This document shows positions 29,715 through 42,734 of a stretch of DNA of 64,000 nt, piece after piece. The position numbers and the translations under genes are program-made. The stretch is from Octopus vulgaris (Eukaryota), in the NCBI GenBank assembly GCA_951406725.2, contig OX597821.1, positions 65,782,001 to 65,846,000 of the forward strand. Direction: 5' to 3'. The notes below the pieces were generated by a model. That model was not told the origin of the DNA and searched no databases. It worked only from the letters and a program-made list of their open reading frames with translations. Position 1 is the first letter of the stretch; every line of letters begins with the position of its first letter.

Positions 29715-30345
29715 TGTGTCGGTGGCACATAAAAAACACCATCCGAGCGTGGTCGTCTGCTAGCCTTGTCTGGCACCTGTGTCGGTGGCACATAAAAACA
29801 CCATCCGAGCGTGGCCGTTCGCCAGCCTCGTTTGGCACCTGTGTCGGTGGCACATAAAAAAACACCATCCGAGCGTGGTCGTCTGCTAGCCTTGTCTGGC
29901 ACCTGTGTCGGTGGCACATAAAAACACCATCCGAGCGTTGCCGTTCGCCAGCCTCGTCTGGCACCTGTGTCGGTGGCACATAAAAACACCATCCAAGCGT
30001 GGTCGTCTGCTAGCCTTGTCTGGCACCTGTGTCAGTGGCACATAAAAACACCATCCGAGCGTGGCCGTTTGCCAGCTTTGTTTGGCACCTGTGTCGGTGG
30101 CACATAAAAACACCATCCGAGCGTGGCCGTTCGCCAGCCTCGTCTGGCACCTGTGTCGGTGGCACACAAAATCACCCACTACACTCTCGGAGTGGTTGGC
30201 GTTAGGAAGGGCATCCAGCTGTAGAAACACTGCCAGATCTGACTGGCCTGGTGCAGCCTTCGGGCTCCCCAGACCCCAGTTGAACCGTCCAACCCATGCT
30301 AGCATGGAAAGCGGACGTTAAATGATGATGATGATGATAATGATG
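29715..30345 (+). mobile_element. RTE-LINE 3' UTR copy (family E) with internal 62-63 bp tandem array
   Basis: Seven full units of TGTGTCGGTGGCACATAAAAACACCATCCGAGCG..., then the family E end GTTAAATGATGATG. Confidence 0.88.
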
Positions 30346-31086
30346 ATATATATATATATATGTATGTATATATATATATATATATATGCATGAATACACA
30401 CACATGCATGTATAAAGTATATATATTGATAATATCGGTTCTTTCAGTTTCTGTTTACCAAATCTGCTCCCAAAGCAGGCATCAGCCAAGGGCTATGGTA
30501 GAACAAACAGACAGACATGACACCCCATAAGGGAACTGGACCTGAAGCCATACCTTTGCAAAGCTAAATTCTTACCTGTACAATCATGTCTGCAAAAATG
30601 CTCCACATATTTTCACATCCCCGCAGCCACCTCTGTTTCTCTATAACACACCTCACACCCTTCCCACCACCATAGGCTAACCTGGTTTTTTTTTTTTTTT
30701 CACTAATTGAGATGTTGTTTAGATTTATTCGCACCGAAATAAAAATGTTGTTGCCAATTGACATTGAAATTAGAAGTCAAAAGCAGTGTAAACCAAGATT
30801 TGTCACTAATTAGTGTTTTTTTACATGTGATGAATGTTAATGAAGTACCTCCAAATAACATGGTGGAAATGGTATTGATGGTGAGGATAATGACGGTGAT
30901 TGCAATGACAGTGACAATGACAATTATGATGATGATGATGATGATGATAGCTGTAATGGTTATGAGAATGATGTTGATGAAGATGATGATATTACTAAGA
31001 TTATCAATGTGACCTGCATCTCACTGGATCTTAATTTCTGCTTCCTTTCTCTCTCTCTCTCCCTCACTATATATATATATATATAT

Positions 31087-31472
31087 ACTAGCAGTATCGC
31101 CCGGCGTTGCTCAGGTTTGTAAGGGAAATAACTATAAAGCATTTTTAGAGAGTTATAGCCAAAAAATAGCAAAAAAATGGGGAAAAAATGATGGTAAATT
31201 TTTTTTTGAGAGTTAAAAAAGGTGGAGTTGCGTCCCCTAGACGGTCTGTGGTTTGGGTTTCTGATTCTCGACCCCATGTCGAATTTATCGATTTTTTTCA
31301 GAACTGGGGGAACTTTTCAAAATTTTCGCTGCGTTAGTTTTGAATTATGACATTGGGCTATGTGTGTGTCAAGTTTCATCAGAATCGGTTGAAAGCCGTG
31401 GTCAGGGTGAGGGTACGAGAAAACAGACACACAGAAAACGCACAGACAAACTGCCGTTTATATAGAGAGAGA
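31087..31472. mobile_element. Helentron-associated non-autonomous element (HINE/DINE-1-like)
   Basis: Begins ACTAGCAGTATCGCCCGGCGTTGCTCAGG (subterminal hairpin), contains AAGTTTCATCAGAATCGGTTGA and ACAGAC repeats, and lies in (TA)n. Confidence 0.65.
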
Positions 31473-32110
31473 TATATATACATTTATATATATATTCTTA
31501 GATGGATATATATAGAAAGGCGGCGAGCTGGCAGAAACATTAGCATGCCAGGCACAATGCTTAGCGGCATTTCGTCTGTCTTTATATTCTAAGTTCAGAT
31601 TCTGCCAGAGTCAACATTGCCTTTCATCCATTTGGGGTCGATAAAATAAGTACCAGTTGCATACTGGGGTTGATCTAATCGACTGGCTCCTTCCCCCAAA
31701 ATTTCGGGCCTTTTGTCAAGAGTGGAAAAATATATATATATATACACATGCACACATATATATATATGTATGTATATACATGTCTGTTAGCAATGTATAC
31801 CATCAAAAATTGTCTATATCTTTGAGAATAAAAACATAGCACTGGTGCTGGTATCATGTAAAAAGTACCTAGTACATTCTGTAAACTGGCTGGCAATAGG
31901 AAGGGCATACATCTATAGAAGATATGCCAAACCAGACAGCATGGCTTGATGCAATCTTCCGACTTGCTAGTTCCTACAGAACTGTCCAGCCCATGCCAGC
32001 ATGGAAATCAGATGTTAAGTGACAATGATGATAGTGTATATATATATGTGTGCGCATGTGCGTGTGTGTATTTGTGTGTCTGTGTGTGTGTGCACAGTAG
32101 TATGTGCATA

Positions 32111-32144
<34 letters not shown>

Positions 32145-32339
32145 CACACATAAATATATATACACACATATATATGCCTATACACAAACACATGCACAAG
32201 TATGTATGCATAAGTGCACGTGTGTGTGTGTGTGCTTATATATATATATATATACATAAATATATACATATATATATAAATATATACATAATATATATAA
32301 ATATATACATAATATATATATATAAATATATACATAATA

Positions 32340-32391
<52 letters not shown>

Positions 32392-32807
32392 AATAAATAT
32401 ATATGCATATATATATACATATATATATATAAATACATACATATATATATAAACATATACCTACATATACATATGCATATATATATACATACATATATAT
32501 ATATACATATATATATATACATATATATATATACATACATATATATATATATACATACATATATATATATATACATATACATACATATATATATACATAT
32601 ACATACATATATATAAAAAAACATACATATATATATACATATACATACATATATATATATATACATATACATACATATGTATACACATATACATATATAT
32701 ATACATATACATACATATATATATATACATATACATACATATGTATATACATATACATACATATATATATACATATACATACATATATATATACATATGC
32801 ATACATA

Positions 32808-33327
32808 TCATCATCATCATCATCATCATCGTTTAACGTCCGCTTTCCGCGCTAGCACGGGTTGGACGGTTTGACCGGGTCTGGGAAGCCAGGGGCCGCT
32901 CCAGGCTCCAGTCTGAATCTGGCAGAGTTTCTACGGCTGGATGCCCTTCCTAACGCCAACCACTCCGTGAGTGGATTGGGTGCTTTCTACGTGCCACCTG
33001 CACAGGGGCCGGAGGGTCCGGCATCGTCACGATCGGTTCGAGCATTTTAACGTGTCAGCGGCATGGGGGCAACGAGGTCCGGGGTACTTTGGGGATCGGG
33101 GTACTTTGGGGATCCAGGGTACTTTGGGGATCCGGGGTACTTAGAATGGGTAGGGGGTATGTGGAATTACTGCAGAAAGCAGCCCGGGTCTTTGTAGTCA
33201 CAGCATATCTCCAGAGATCTCGGTCCTTCGCCATTGCCTCAGTGAGGCCCAATGCTCTGAGGTCATGCTTGACCACCTCATCCCATGTCTTCCTGGGTCT
33301 ACCTCTCCCCCTGATACCTTCAACTGT
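32808..33327 (-). mobile_element. 5'-truncated RTE-clade LINE: ORF C-terminus, 3' UTR and (GAT)n tail
   Basis: [42 protein letters not shown] is a typical RTE ORF2 end and is contiguous with the family E sequence. Confidence 0.88.
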
Positions 33328-35163
33328 TTGTATATACATATACATACATATGTATATACATATACATACATATGTATATACATATACATACATATGTATA
33401 TACATATACATACATATGTATATACATATACATACATATGTATATACATATATATGTATATATATATATATATATAAATATATATATATACACGCACATA
33501 CGTATACATATATACATATATACACATATACATACACACACACACATATATATATGTAGGTATGTATATATATATACACATACATATGCTTGCTTCATAT
33601 CTTTATGTGATTGTCAAAGATATTACGTAGTGAAATTACAGCTTACAATAATGGCTTCTCTGTTTAATAGGATACATATATTTTGTATGAATATTGAACA
33701 TAAATTGATTAAGGAGAAAAAAAAAAGTAAGGAAAATACAAAGAACTATAAAAGAAACCGAGAAAAACAAACTTAAAAGCGAATAAGTTGACAGTCATAC
33801 ATACAAACATTGAGGTGTCAGAATTGAAATTAGAGGATAAGGATAAGTAAATGGTAACAACAACAACAACAAAAAAAAGAAGAATATATATATTCTTTGC
33901 TGTTAATGTTCTTCATCTTAGCTTGCTAGCTTTCGGAATAATAATTTTGCTATGAAAGAATTAAAGAATTGATGGAGGTGGGATTTATTATATATATAGA
34001 GAGAGAGACATATAAGCATGCACATATACATATATACATACACGCACACACATATATATATATACATATCATCATCATCATCTTTTAACGTCTGCTTTCC
34101 ACGCTGGCATCAGTTGGACGGATTGACTGAGGACTGGCAAATCAGATAGCTGCACCAGGCTCCAATCTGATCTGGCAGAGTTTCCACAGCTGGATGCCCT
34201 TCCTAATGCCAACCACTCTGAGAGTGTAGTGGGTGCTTTTACGTGCCACCGGCATGAGGGCCAATCAGGCAGTAGTGGCATCAGCCACACTCAAATGATG
34301 CTTTTTACGTGCCACCTGCACCAGAGCCAGTCAGCGGCCCTGGAAACAATAGTCAGCGGCCCTTATATATACATACATACAGGCGTAGAAGTGGCTGTGT
34401 GGTAAGAAGCTTGCTTCCCAACGTGGTTCTGAGTTCAGTTCCACTGCATGGCACCTTGGGCAAATGTCTTCTACCACAGCCTTGGGCCGACCAAAGCCTT
34501 GTGAGTGGATTTGATAGATAGAAACTAAAAGAAGCCAGTCATATATATGTGTGTTTGTGTTTTTTCCCCACCACTGCTTGGCAATTGGTGGTGGTATGTT
34601 TATGTCCTTGTAACTTAGCGGTTTGGCAAATGAGACTGATAGAATAAGAAGAAGGCTTAAAAAATAAAAAGTACTGATGTTAGCTCATTCTACTAACATT
34701 TTTCAAGGCAGAGCTCCAGCATGGCCACAGTCTAATAACTGAAACATTCTAAAAGAACAAAACACTACAGACACCTACATACAAATACATATATATACCT
34801 ACACATAAATATACACATTTATTTATCTCTCTCTCATTATCTTTGTATATAGTCTACTGTTCTGTTACAGATAAGATCAACAAAAACAAAGCCGACAGGA
34901 AAAGTTGATGCTTCTTAGGGCTAAATAGCAGTGGTGTGATTCCCTTTACGGGACTGTCACGTTGAGTTGACCAGTATACAACCACTATATCGCCCCACCA
35001 CCGCTCATGTCTCTGAGACATTTAAAAATTCAATATTTCTAATTTTGGTAACCAGTGAATAAATTTCACCGAAAATATCATATATTTGCAAAGCGGTTGC
35101 AAAGCGGTGGTGTGATTCCCTTTACAGGACTACCACGTTGAGTTGACAGTATACAACCACTAC

Positions 35164-35200
<37 letters not shown>

Positions 35201-35608
35201 ACCTGCTGTGCTTGAGGAGACCTATCAAGTCAAGTACATCAACATCAAAAATAAAGATCAAATGGAAATTGTAGATGCAATACCTGTACCGGTGACACTT
35301 AAAAAGCACCATCCGAATGTGGCCGATGCCAGCACCACCTTGGTTGGCTTCCGTGCCAATGGCAACGTAAAAGGCACCAACCGATCATGGCTGTTGCCAG
35401 CCTCCCCTGGCATCTGTGCCGGTGGCACGTAAAAAGTACCCACTATACTCATGGAGTGGTTGGCATTAGGAAGGGCATCCAGCTGTAGAAACCCTTCCAG
35501 ATCAGACTGGAGCCTGGTGCAGCCTCCTGGCTTCCCAGATCCTGGTCGAACCATCCAGCCCATGCTAGCATGGAAAACAAACGTTCAATGATGATGATGA
35601 TGATGATG

Positions 35609-35640
<32 letters not shown>

Positions 35641-36287
35641 GGTATTGTTATCCAGAAGATCCAGGATGGCAGGTAAAGATATGTAAATGTTATGGGATAT
35701 ATGTATGTATATATATTGGTGGTGCACAAAGAAAAGTAATTTTATTAGAAAAAATGTATATATGTGGTTAAATAATAAAATTGGGATGGTTCTTTCTCAG
35801 ATCCTCAAGCACCCATCTACAATTATATCTCCAATCATAGTTGCTCAAAGATTTCAGATCCTGCTACATTTTTTTCTTTTCTTGAATTTAATTTTTTTTT
35901 TTTTGCAAAATTATTTCACTATATTCAGAAAAATAATTAAAACTTGTAATGACCATACAGATTCACATGTATATATGTTCATACTCGTGTATAGGTATAT
36001 ATAAATATAATATAAATATTACGTACACATATGCATACACAAAGATATACATATATGCATACATGCAGATATGTATGCAAGTATTAATGCTTCTGTACCC
36101 TAGAAAGAGAGTCACATGTACACTTTGATAAATAAAAAAGAACATAGTACTGAAAATGGTTGAATCTGTTCATATAGTTATTCAATTGGAAATCGAAACC
36201 TTTGAAAACTGTGAAGGAAATGGAAAACTCAAAGTAACAACAGAGGAAGCATCATCAACTTATAACGTCTGACTATCTATCTATTGA

Positions 36288-36324
<37 letters not shown>

Positions 36325-36645
36325 TATCTATCGCACACATATATAAAGTTGCTGTATAGTGGGCAAGTTCTAGAAGCTCTACAGCTACACATGTGTAGGC
36401 CTAAATGAAAAGAGTTCACGGGCTCCCATTCCATCAGGTAATAGTCCTGGCTATTTTAAGGTTCTGGGTAGCGTTTGGAGGTAGTGTCACCCCATTGTAT
36501 GTATATATATTTATATATACATATATATACATATATCATCATCATCATCGTTTAACGTATGTTTTCCGCGATAGCACGGGTTGGACGGTTCGACCGGGGT
36601 CTGGGAAGCCAGGGGCTGCACCAGGCTCCAGATCCTGGTATATAC

Positions 36646-36685
<40 letters not shown>

Positions 36686-36688
36686 TTT

Positions 36689-36807
36689 TTTATTATATAG
36701 AAGGAGCTTCTACAGGACTAGAACTGTTTCATTCAAAAGAAATCATCAGGAATCATCTTTTGAATGAAACAGTTCTAGTCCTGTAGAAGCTCCTTCTATA
36801 TAATAAA
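36689..36807. repeat. Perfect 52-bp inverted repeat with 15-nt spacer
   Basis: 36689-36740 is the exact reverse complement of 36756-36807. Confidence 0.95.
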
Positions 36808-37764
36808 TTAATTTACTCTGCTATGTATTGAGTACCTTATTTACTGTGGGTTAACCCCGACTCAACCCGGGACCTACATATATATATATATATATATATA
36901 AGATAAAACATATATATATTTATATATACACACACATACATACATATATTCAAATATACACACTTTGCAGGGTTGTGAGAAAGAGTACACATTGTAAGTC
37001 TGAATGAAAGGGAAGTACATTATAGGACTGGAAGATAAGGGAGTACAGTAGAGGGCTGGATGAAGGGCTCAGCAGATTGTAGGCAAGGAGCTGTTGGCAT
37101 ATTGTGTGAGTGACCCAGGATGCTGAATGCCTTGGTACCAGACATGACCTGAGAATAACTTGAAATCCCCCAAAATTAGTTCCTACTTCAGTCATGCTAA
37201 GTTAAGGCTTTTTACTTTCTCTCCATCCTACTTGTTTCAGAGGCCCCGTTAAAGGTTAATTGGTCCCCCTACTCTTGGGGCTCTGAATGAGCCCAAACAA
37301 AAATCTTTCAAGACTTTAAATACTCTTTTCCTCCTCCTCCTCTTCCTGCTACTCATCTATGTCATGACCAATTTTCCAAGCTTGCCTTCTATGCATCAAC
37401 CCTCGCTTGTTTACGTATAAGCAAATGTCTGGCTACTTCCTCATGGAAAGACATGTCTTCATGGAAAATTGGCAATGAAAGACACCTTTTGCCTGATAAC
37501 GACACTTGCTTACAACTAACATGTAAGGTCAAAACTACAAAATAACACACACACACACACACACACAAAGAGTGTCTTAAATTTTATCAACCAAATCCAC
37601 TAACAACACTTTGGTCAGCCTGGAGCAATTGTAGAAGATAATTGCACTAGGTACCATGATCAGGGACTGAAACCAAAACTATGTAGCTGCAAAGCAAACC
37701 ACTCACCACACAACCACTGTAATTATTCAAACACTAATTAAATAGCCATTAATTACTTTCACAC

Positions 37765-38197
37765 TACCCTGGCAATGCCGTCTCCACTGGCTGGGACAGG
37801 TGCACCGGGTGCTGGATGGGAGGTTAGTGAAAGATATGCTGTATGGGGAGGTAGACTCTGGCAGACCACATCACTGTTTCAAGGATGTGTGCAAAAGTGA
37901 CATGAAGGCCATGAGTATGAATACTAAAACCTGGGAGAACGTGGCAAAAGACCATTTCTGCTTGAAACAGATGCTCAGTGCCTGAAGGAGAAGATCACAC
38001 ACGTCAGACAGCAGAGGACAGACGGAGATGCAGGAAGACCGAACCGCCAACAAACGACCAGCTGACCAATCACATTTACAACTGTTTCGGCTGTGACTCT
38101 CACTCACGCATTGGCCTTGTCAGTCACAAGCAATACGGGTACACTGATCGAATCCAAGGCACAGACCCATAGTCTTTCGAGATTAAGAGATGCCAAT
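37765..38197 (+). mobile_element. RTE (BovB-like) LINE 3' fragment, decayed
   Basis: RLHWLGQVHRVLDGRLVKDMLYGE...GRP...FKDVCKSDMK, followed by a C..C..SRIGLVSH motif. Confidence 0.8.
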
Positions 38198-38205
38198 CAA
38201 TTAAT

Positions 38206-38600
38206 CATCATCATCATTGTTCGACCGTGGTCGAGACAATGGAATTTACTATGCTACGCCAGACTTCATGGACCATCATAGCATTACGGAGGTCCTGTTG
38301 CTGGATGCCTATATCCCTGGAGATTACATCAGGGTAGAAGAGTGTGCACTCTCTGGTATCGCGAGTAGATGGCTTCCAGAGGAGAAGAGTAGAAATTGCC
38401 TCGTTTTCAGCTCTACAACAATGTCCAGCACACTGGACTCTCCTATCTTTTGCAAGAGATGATACAGGTGGTAGTTTCCAATATTTGGTACTTTGTTTGG
38501 ATGATGCTTCCACAAGAGATTTTGAGCTCTCATAAGGAGGCGAGTGTAAGTTCGATCCAACCGCCGTTTGATGTTATCAAAGAAGCTTGAGAGGTGGTTG
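38206..38600 (-). mobile_element. Second non-LTR (RTE-like) 3' fragment with (GAT)n tail
   Basis: RRLDRTYTRLLMRAQNLLWKHHP...LPPVSS...RRVQCAGHCCR...LLLWKP with a frameshift. Confidence 0.75.
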
Positions 38601-38660
38601 GATGGAACTATCAATTAAATAGCAAACATAAAAACAACATTTAAGTAAATGTTTACTTAC

Positions 38661-38706
38661 ATGACCACTGTTAATGTCCGATAGGTTTAATCTAATTACT
38701 TTATTC
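38661..38706 (-). CDS. Semaphorin coding exon B (46-nt micro-exon)
   Basis: Acceptor TTTATGTTTTTCAG|G, donor CAT|GTAAGT; 1+45 nt; encodes (M)NKVIRLNLSDINSGH, matching semaphorin (D/N)RVFRLNLxNI; phase-compatible with exons A and C; absent from the ORF track. Confidence 0.9.
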
Positions 38707-39623
38707 CTGAAAAACATAAATAAAAATTAATTAAACAGATGTGTCTCAGTCAATAATGTGAATCTGAAGCGAAAAAGGATTAGTATTAAAGTCTAAAAAA
38801 TAAAATAAAACAAAAGAAATAAAAATATGAATGTCAGTACAAAGGTCTGTTTTTTTAAATTTATCTTTTAGTTGTTTCAGTAATTGGACTGTGGCCATTG
38901 TAGGGCATCCCCTTGAAGGAGTTCAGTCGACAAAAAATCAACTGCAGTAGTTAATTTGTGTTTTTAAAGTCTGCAATATATTTCATCAGTCTCTTTTGTT
39001 GAATCACTGAGCTACAGGGATGTAACCAACAACAGTTGTCAGGTGGTGAGAAGAATAAACACACATACATACATACATACATATACATACATACTTAATT
39101 TGCATGAATCCAATGAGATTTTGTGTTTATTCAAAATAGAGATGAACACTGTTCCTCGATGTGATTGGTTTGAAAAATTGTTAGGATGTTAAGATACTTC
39201 CCTATTTTACTTAACATGAAACCAATGGTAGCCTTAATTCACAAATAAACAAATTCTATCCACCAATGCAGTGTTGAACACTCATTTTGATTGTTTGACA
39301 TTAACATATGTATACACACACACACACACATACACACATACATACATATATGTACATACATACATATACACACACACACACCTGTAACTTGGTGGTTCAG
39401 CAAAAGCGACTGATAGAATAAGGACCACGCTTAAAAAGAAGCACTGGCATCAATTCATTCGATTTAAAATCCTTCAAGGCGGTGCCCCAGTATGGCCTCA
39501 GTCTAATGGCTGAAACAAAAAGAAGGAAATATTGTCTGAAAGGCCCTTCACCTTTTTAAGATCATGGGTGGAGATGTAATGGACCCTTTGGCTGCTCAAA
39601 TGACCACATGATGCTGCTTTACT

Positions 39624-40137
39624 GGAGCATCATGGGATTGCATTTATCAAGGAGGAAGATGGGATTGCATATAGAGACAAGCATCATGGGATTGTATTTG
39701 CAGCAGAGCAGGATGAGATTGTATTTACAGTGAAGCATGATGGGACTGCATTTACAGCAGAGCATCATGGGATTGCATTTACAATGGAGCATCATGGGAA
39801 TGTATTTATCAAGGAGGAAGATGGGATTGCATATAGAGACAAGCATCATGGGATTGTATTTGCAGTTGAGCAGGATGAGATTGTATTTACAGTGAAGCAT
39901 GATGGGACTGCATTTACAGCAGAGCATCATGGGATTGCATTTACAATGGAGCATCATGGGAATGTATTTATCAAGGAGGAAGATGGGATTGCATATAGAG
40001 ACAAGCATCATGGGATTGTATTTGCAGTGGAGCAGGATGAGATTGTATTTACAGTGAAGCATGATGGGACTGCATTTACAGCAGAGCATCATGGGATTGC
40101 TTTTACAATGGAGCATCATGGGATTGTATTTACTGTG
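39624..40137. repeat. 27-bp minisatellite with 162-bp (6-mer) higher-order repeat
   Basis: Monomer GAGCATCATGGGATTGCATTTACAGCA, about 19 units; marker AAGGAGGAAG recurs at 39649, 39811 and 39973. Confidence 0.95.
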
Positions 40138-40389
40138 TAACACACTCTAGTATATTGACCCTGGTGTTTAACAAGTCCTTATTCTTTTGAACCATAAGTA
40201 GGATGCGACAAAAAAAAAATCAACTCTCTTGAGATTTGAACTCCAAAGATAAAGGAACTTTACTAAAATACCCAAAGGCCTGATGCTTTATCAAATTGCC
40301 ATTCAAATCTCTTAAAATAAAGCAATAACGATGATTATGATTTTTTTAATTAGTTATCAGGGTTCAAACAAGAAATAATAATAATAATG

Positions 40390-40442
<53 letters not shown>

Positions 40443-40976
40443 CAACAGCACTTATGTTCTTTAACAGAAACAGATGTTGGTTGAAAGAATATATAAAAAA
40501 AAATAAAATGAATGGAGAGCAATTTTTGGCAGAGTGCCTTATTTTTGTTCTTCGTTTGATAATAATGTTCACAGACAACGGAACTGCTCAGATGCATGGC
40601 GGAGCATCTGTTTAATGTCTTACAGCAAATATTCAAAATTTATTAATTAAGTTGGGAATAGAAGAGTAAATGGAAAAAAAGAAAAACCGGAAAAGCAAAT
40701 AATAATAATGATGATAGTGGTGATGATGATGATGATAAATATAGACATTACCCTTCCCTTCCATTGTTAAGCCTTACTTATTTCTTTGCCCTTGGTCAGA
40801 ACCACTTCTTGTCACAAATATAACAGAAAGTTCCCTGCCACAACACATACAGAAGCATAAAATCACTGGCTCCATTTTATTAACGTTATATTGCATGTAT
40901 TTGTATGTATATACATTCATATATAATGTGTGTGTGTGTGTGTGTGTGCACATACATATATATATACGTGTGTGTA

Positions 40977-41015
<39 letters not shown>

Positions 41016-41678
41016 CTATTATAGTTTTATTTGTTTTGAATTTTCTCTTTTTTTTTATATTGTTTTGAAGACAGACTTTCAATATCATGATAATCTTTAT
41101 TGAGTTGTTTTTGTGTTGTTATAGAATCTATTTTTACATATATTTTTATTTCCTTTTTGTTTGCCCTTTATTTTACTTTTATTTTTCTCTTAGATTCTTT
41201 ACCTCTCACCATCCTGTATATTTTACCATTTCTTCTGTTTTGGTTTTGTTTTGGATGCAACAATATTCCTCTTTACAAATGAGAGAAAAAAGCCAACCAT
41301 TTCTCTCCCTATTCACAGAATAATTCCTACAAATTCTAACATACTCGCTTCCTTAAAATCAAAATTTCTGCACAAGCACATAAAGAAATCTGTTGCCATT
41401 TATGGTCTGCAATTAAATTAGGATTAGCGTTTTAGCAACGTAACAGCGAAAATCCATACTGTGAAGAGCTGGAATCAGAATCCAATTTTGGTAAAGATAG
41501 TTGGTATAAATTTGGTACAGATTTCCTTGGGAGGCCAAACTGGAATATTGTTCATTCACGCATATATTTTTTTTATTATTGTTGTTATTAATGTTGTTGT
41601 TGTTGTTCTCCAATGTAAAGATCTTTTATAGTTTTTTTTCACTTGTATCTGTCATTTGACAGCATTTTTTCGATGGTT

Positions 41679-41741
41679 TGATAACTGACGAGATGCCGGC
41701 GTTGGTTTCCACCCCGACATCCAAAACTCAGACTTTTATCA
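41679..41741 (+). ncRNA. Type I hammerhead-like motif (same family as the 16.5 kb element)
   Basis: TGATAA-CTGACGA-GATGCCG...CGACATC-CAAAAC-TCAGA-CTT-TTATCA: stem I, intact CUGANGA, stem II, decayed GAAA. Confidence 0.65.
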
Positions 41742-42044
41742 TGGCTACCGAATAATTGTCACATTTTATATTTACAGATAAATTACTCTATTTACATAAT
41801 ATCGTGGTCTCTTTCATTCTTTTTTTGTCTTAACATTTCTATCAATATATATGTATATATATATATATACATATATAGGGAGAATTCACAAAAAAACAAA
41901 AGACAAAGACAAGTGATGTAGACAACAAATTAATGCATTAGTATAATGCTCAGGAAGTGAAAAAGTCTTTAACATTTCGAGCCTATGCTCTACCAGAGAA
42001 AGAAACAGGGAGAGAAAATAAAGAATGTGTAGTGGCTAGCAATG

Positions 42045-42136
<92 letters not shown>

Positions 42137-42141
42137 TATGT

Positions 42142-42477
42142 GAAGGCGCATGGCTCAGTGGTTAGAGCGTCGAGCTTACGACCGTGAGGTTGTGAGCTCG
42201 AATCCCGGACCGGGCTACGTGTTGTGTTCTTGAGTAATGCACTTTATTTCATGATACTCCAGTTCACTCAGCTGTAGAAATGAGTTGCGACGTCACTGGT
42301 GCCAAGCTGTATCGACCTTTGTCTTTCCCTTGGATAACACTGGTGGTGTGGAGAGGGGAGGCTGGTATGCATGGGCGACTGCTGGTCTTCCATAAACAAT
42401 CTCGCACGGACTTGTGTCTAGGAGGGTAACTTTCTAGGTGCAATCCCATGGTCTGTGTCGTGACTGAAGGGGGTCTC
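42142..42477 (+). mobile_element. SINE family C, full length, young
   Basis: tRNA-like head with A/B boxes; flanked by the repeat ATATAGACATATGT (TSD-like). Confidence 0.9.
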
Positions 42478-42516
42478 CGAATATAGACATATGTATATAT
42501 AGATACATATATATAC

Positions 42517-42553
<37 letters not shown>

Positions 42554-42557
42554 TATA

Positions 42558-42594
<37 letters not shown>

Positions 42595-42734
42595 TACGGA
42601 GATGTACTCGCATAGCAAGTAATTTGATCTGAGATCGTGTGCTGAAACGAAAACAATTGCAGCGTGGAAGGTGTTTTTAAGCCATTTAAGAAACACACAA
42701 AAGCCGTTCGATTCACTTCAACATTTAAGTTTAA

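Noticed and set aside
30564-30764. Possible extra minus-strand exon (GTAAG donor at about 30575)
   Set aside because: The candidate acceptor is preceded by poly-A rather than a pyrimidine tract, the peptide is not Sema-like, and exons B and C already join in frame
42142-42215. tRNA-like sequences at SINE heads (also 57666, 61528, 19289)
   Set aside because: They have A/B boxes but no complete acceptor stem and continue into repeated SINE bodies
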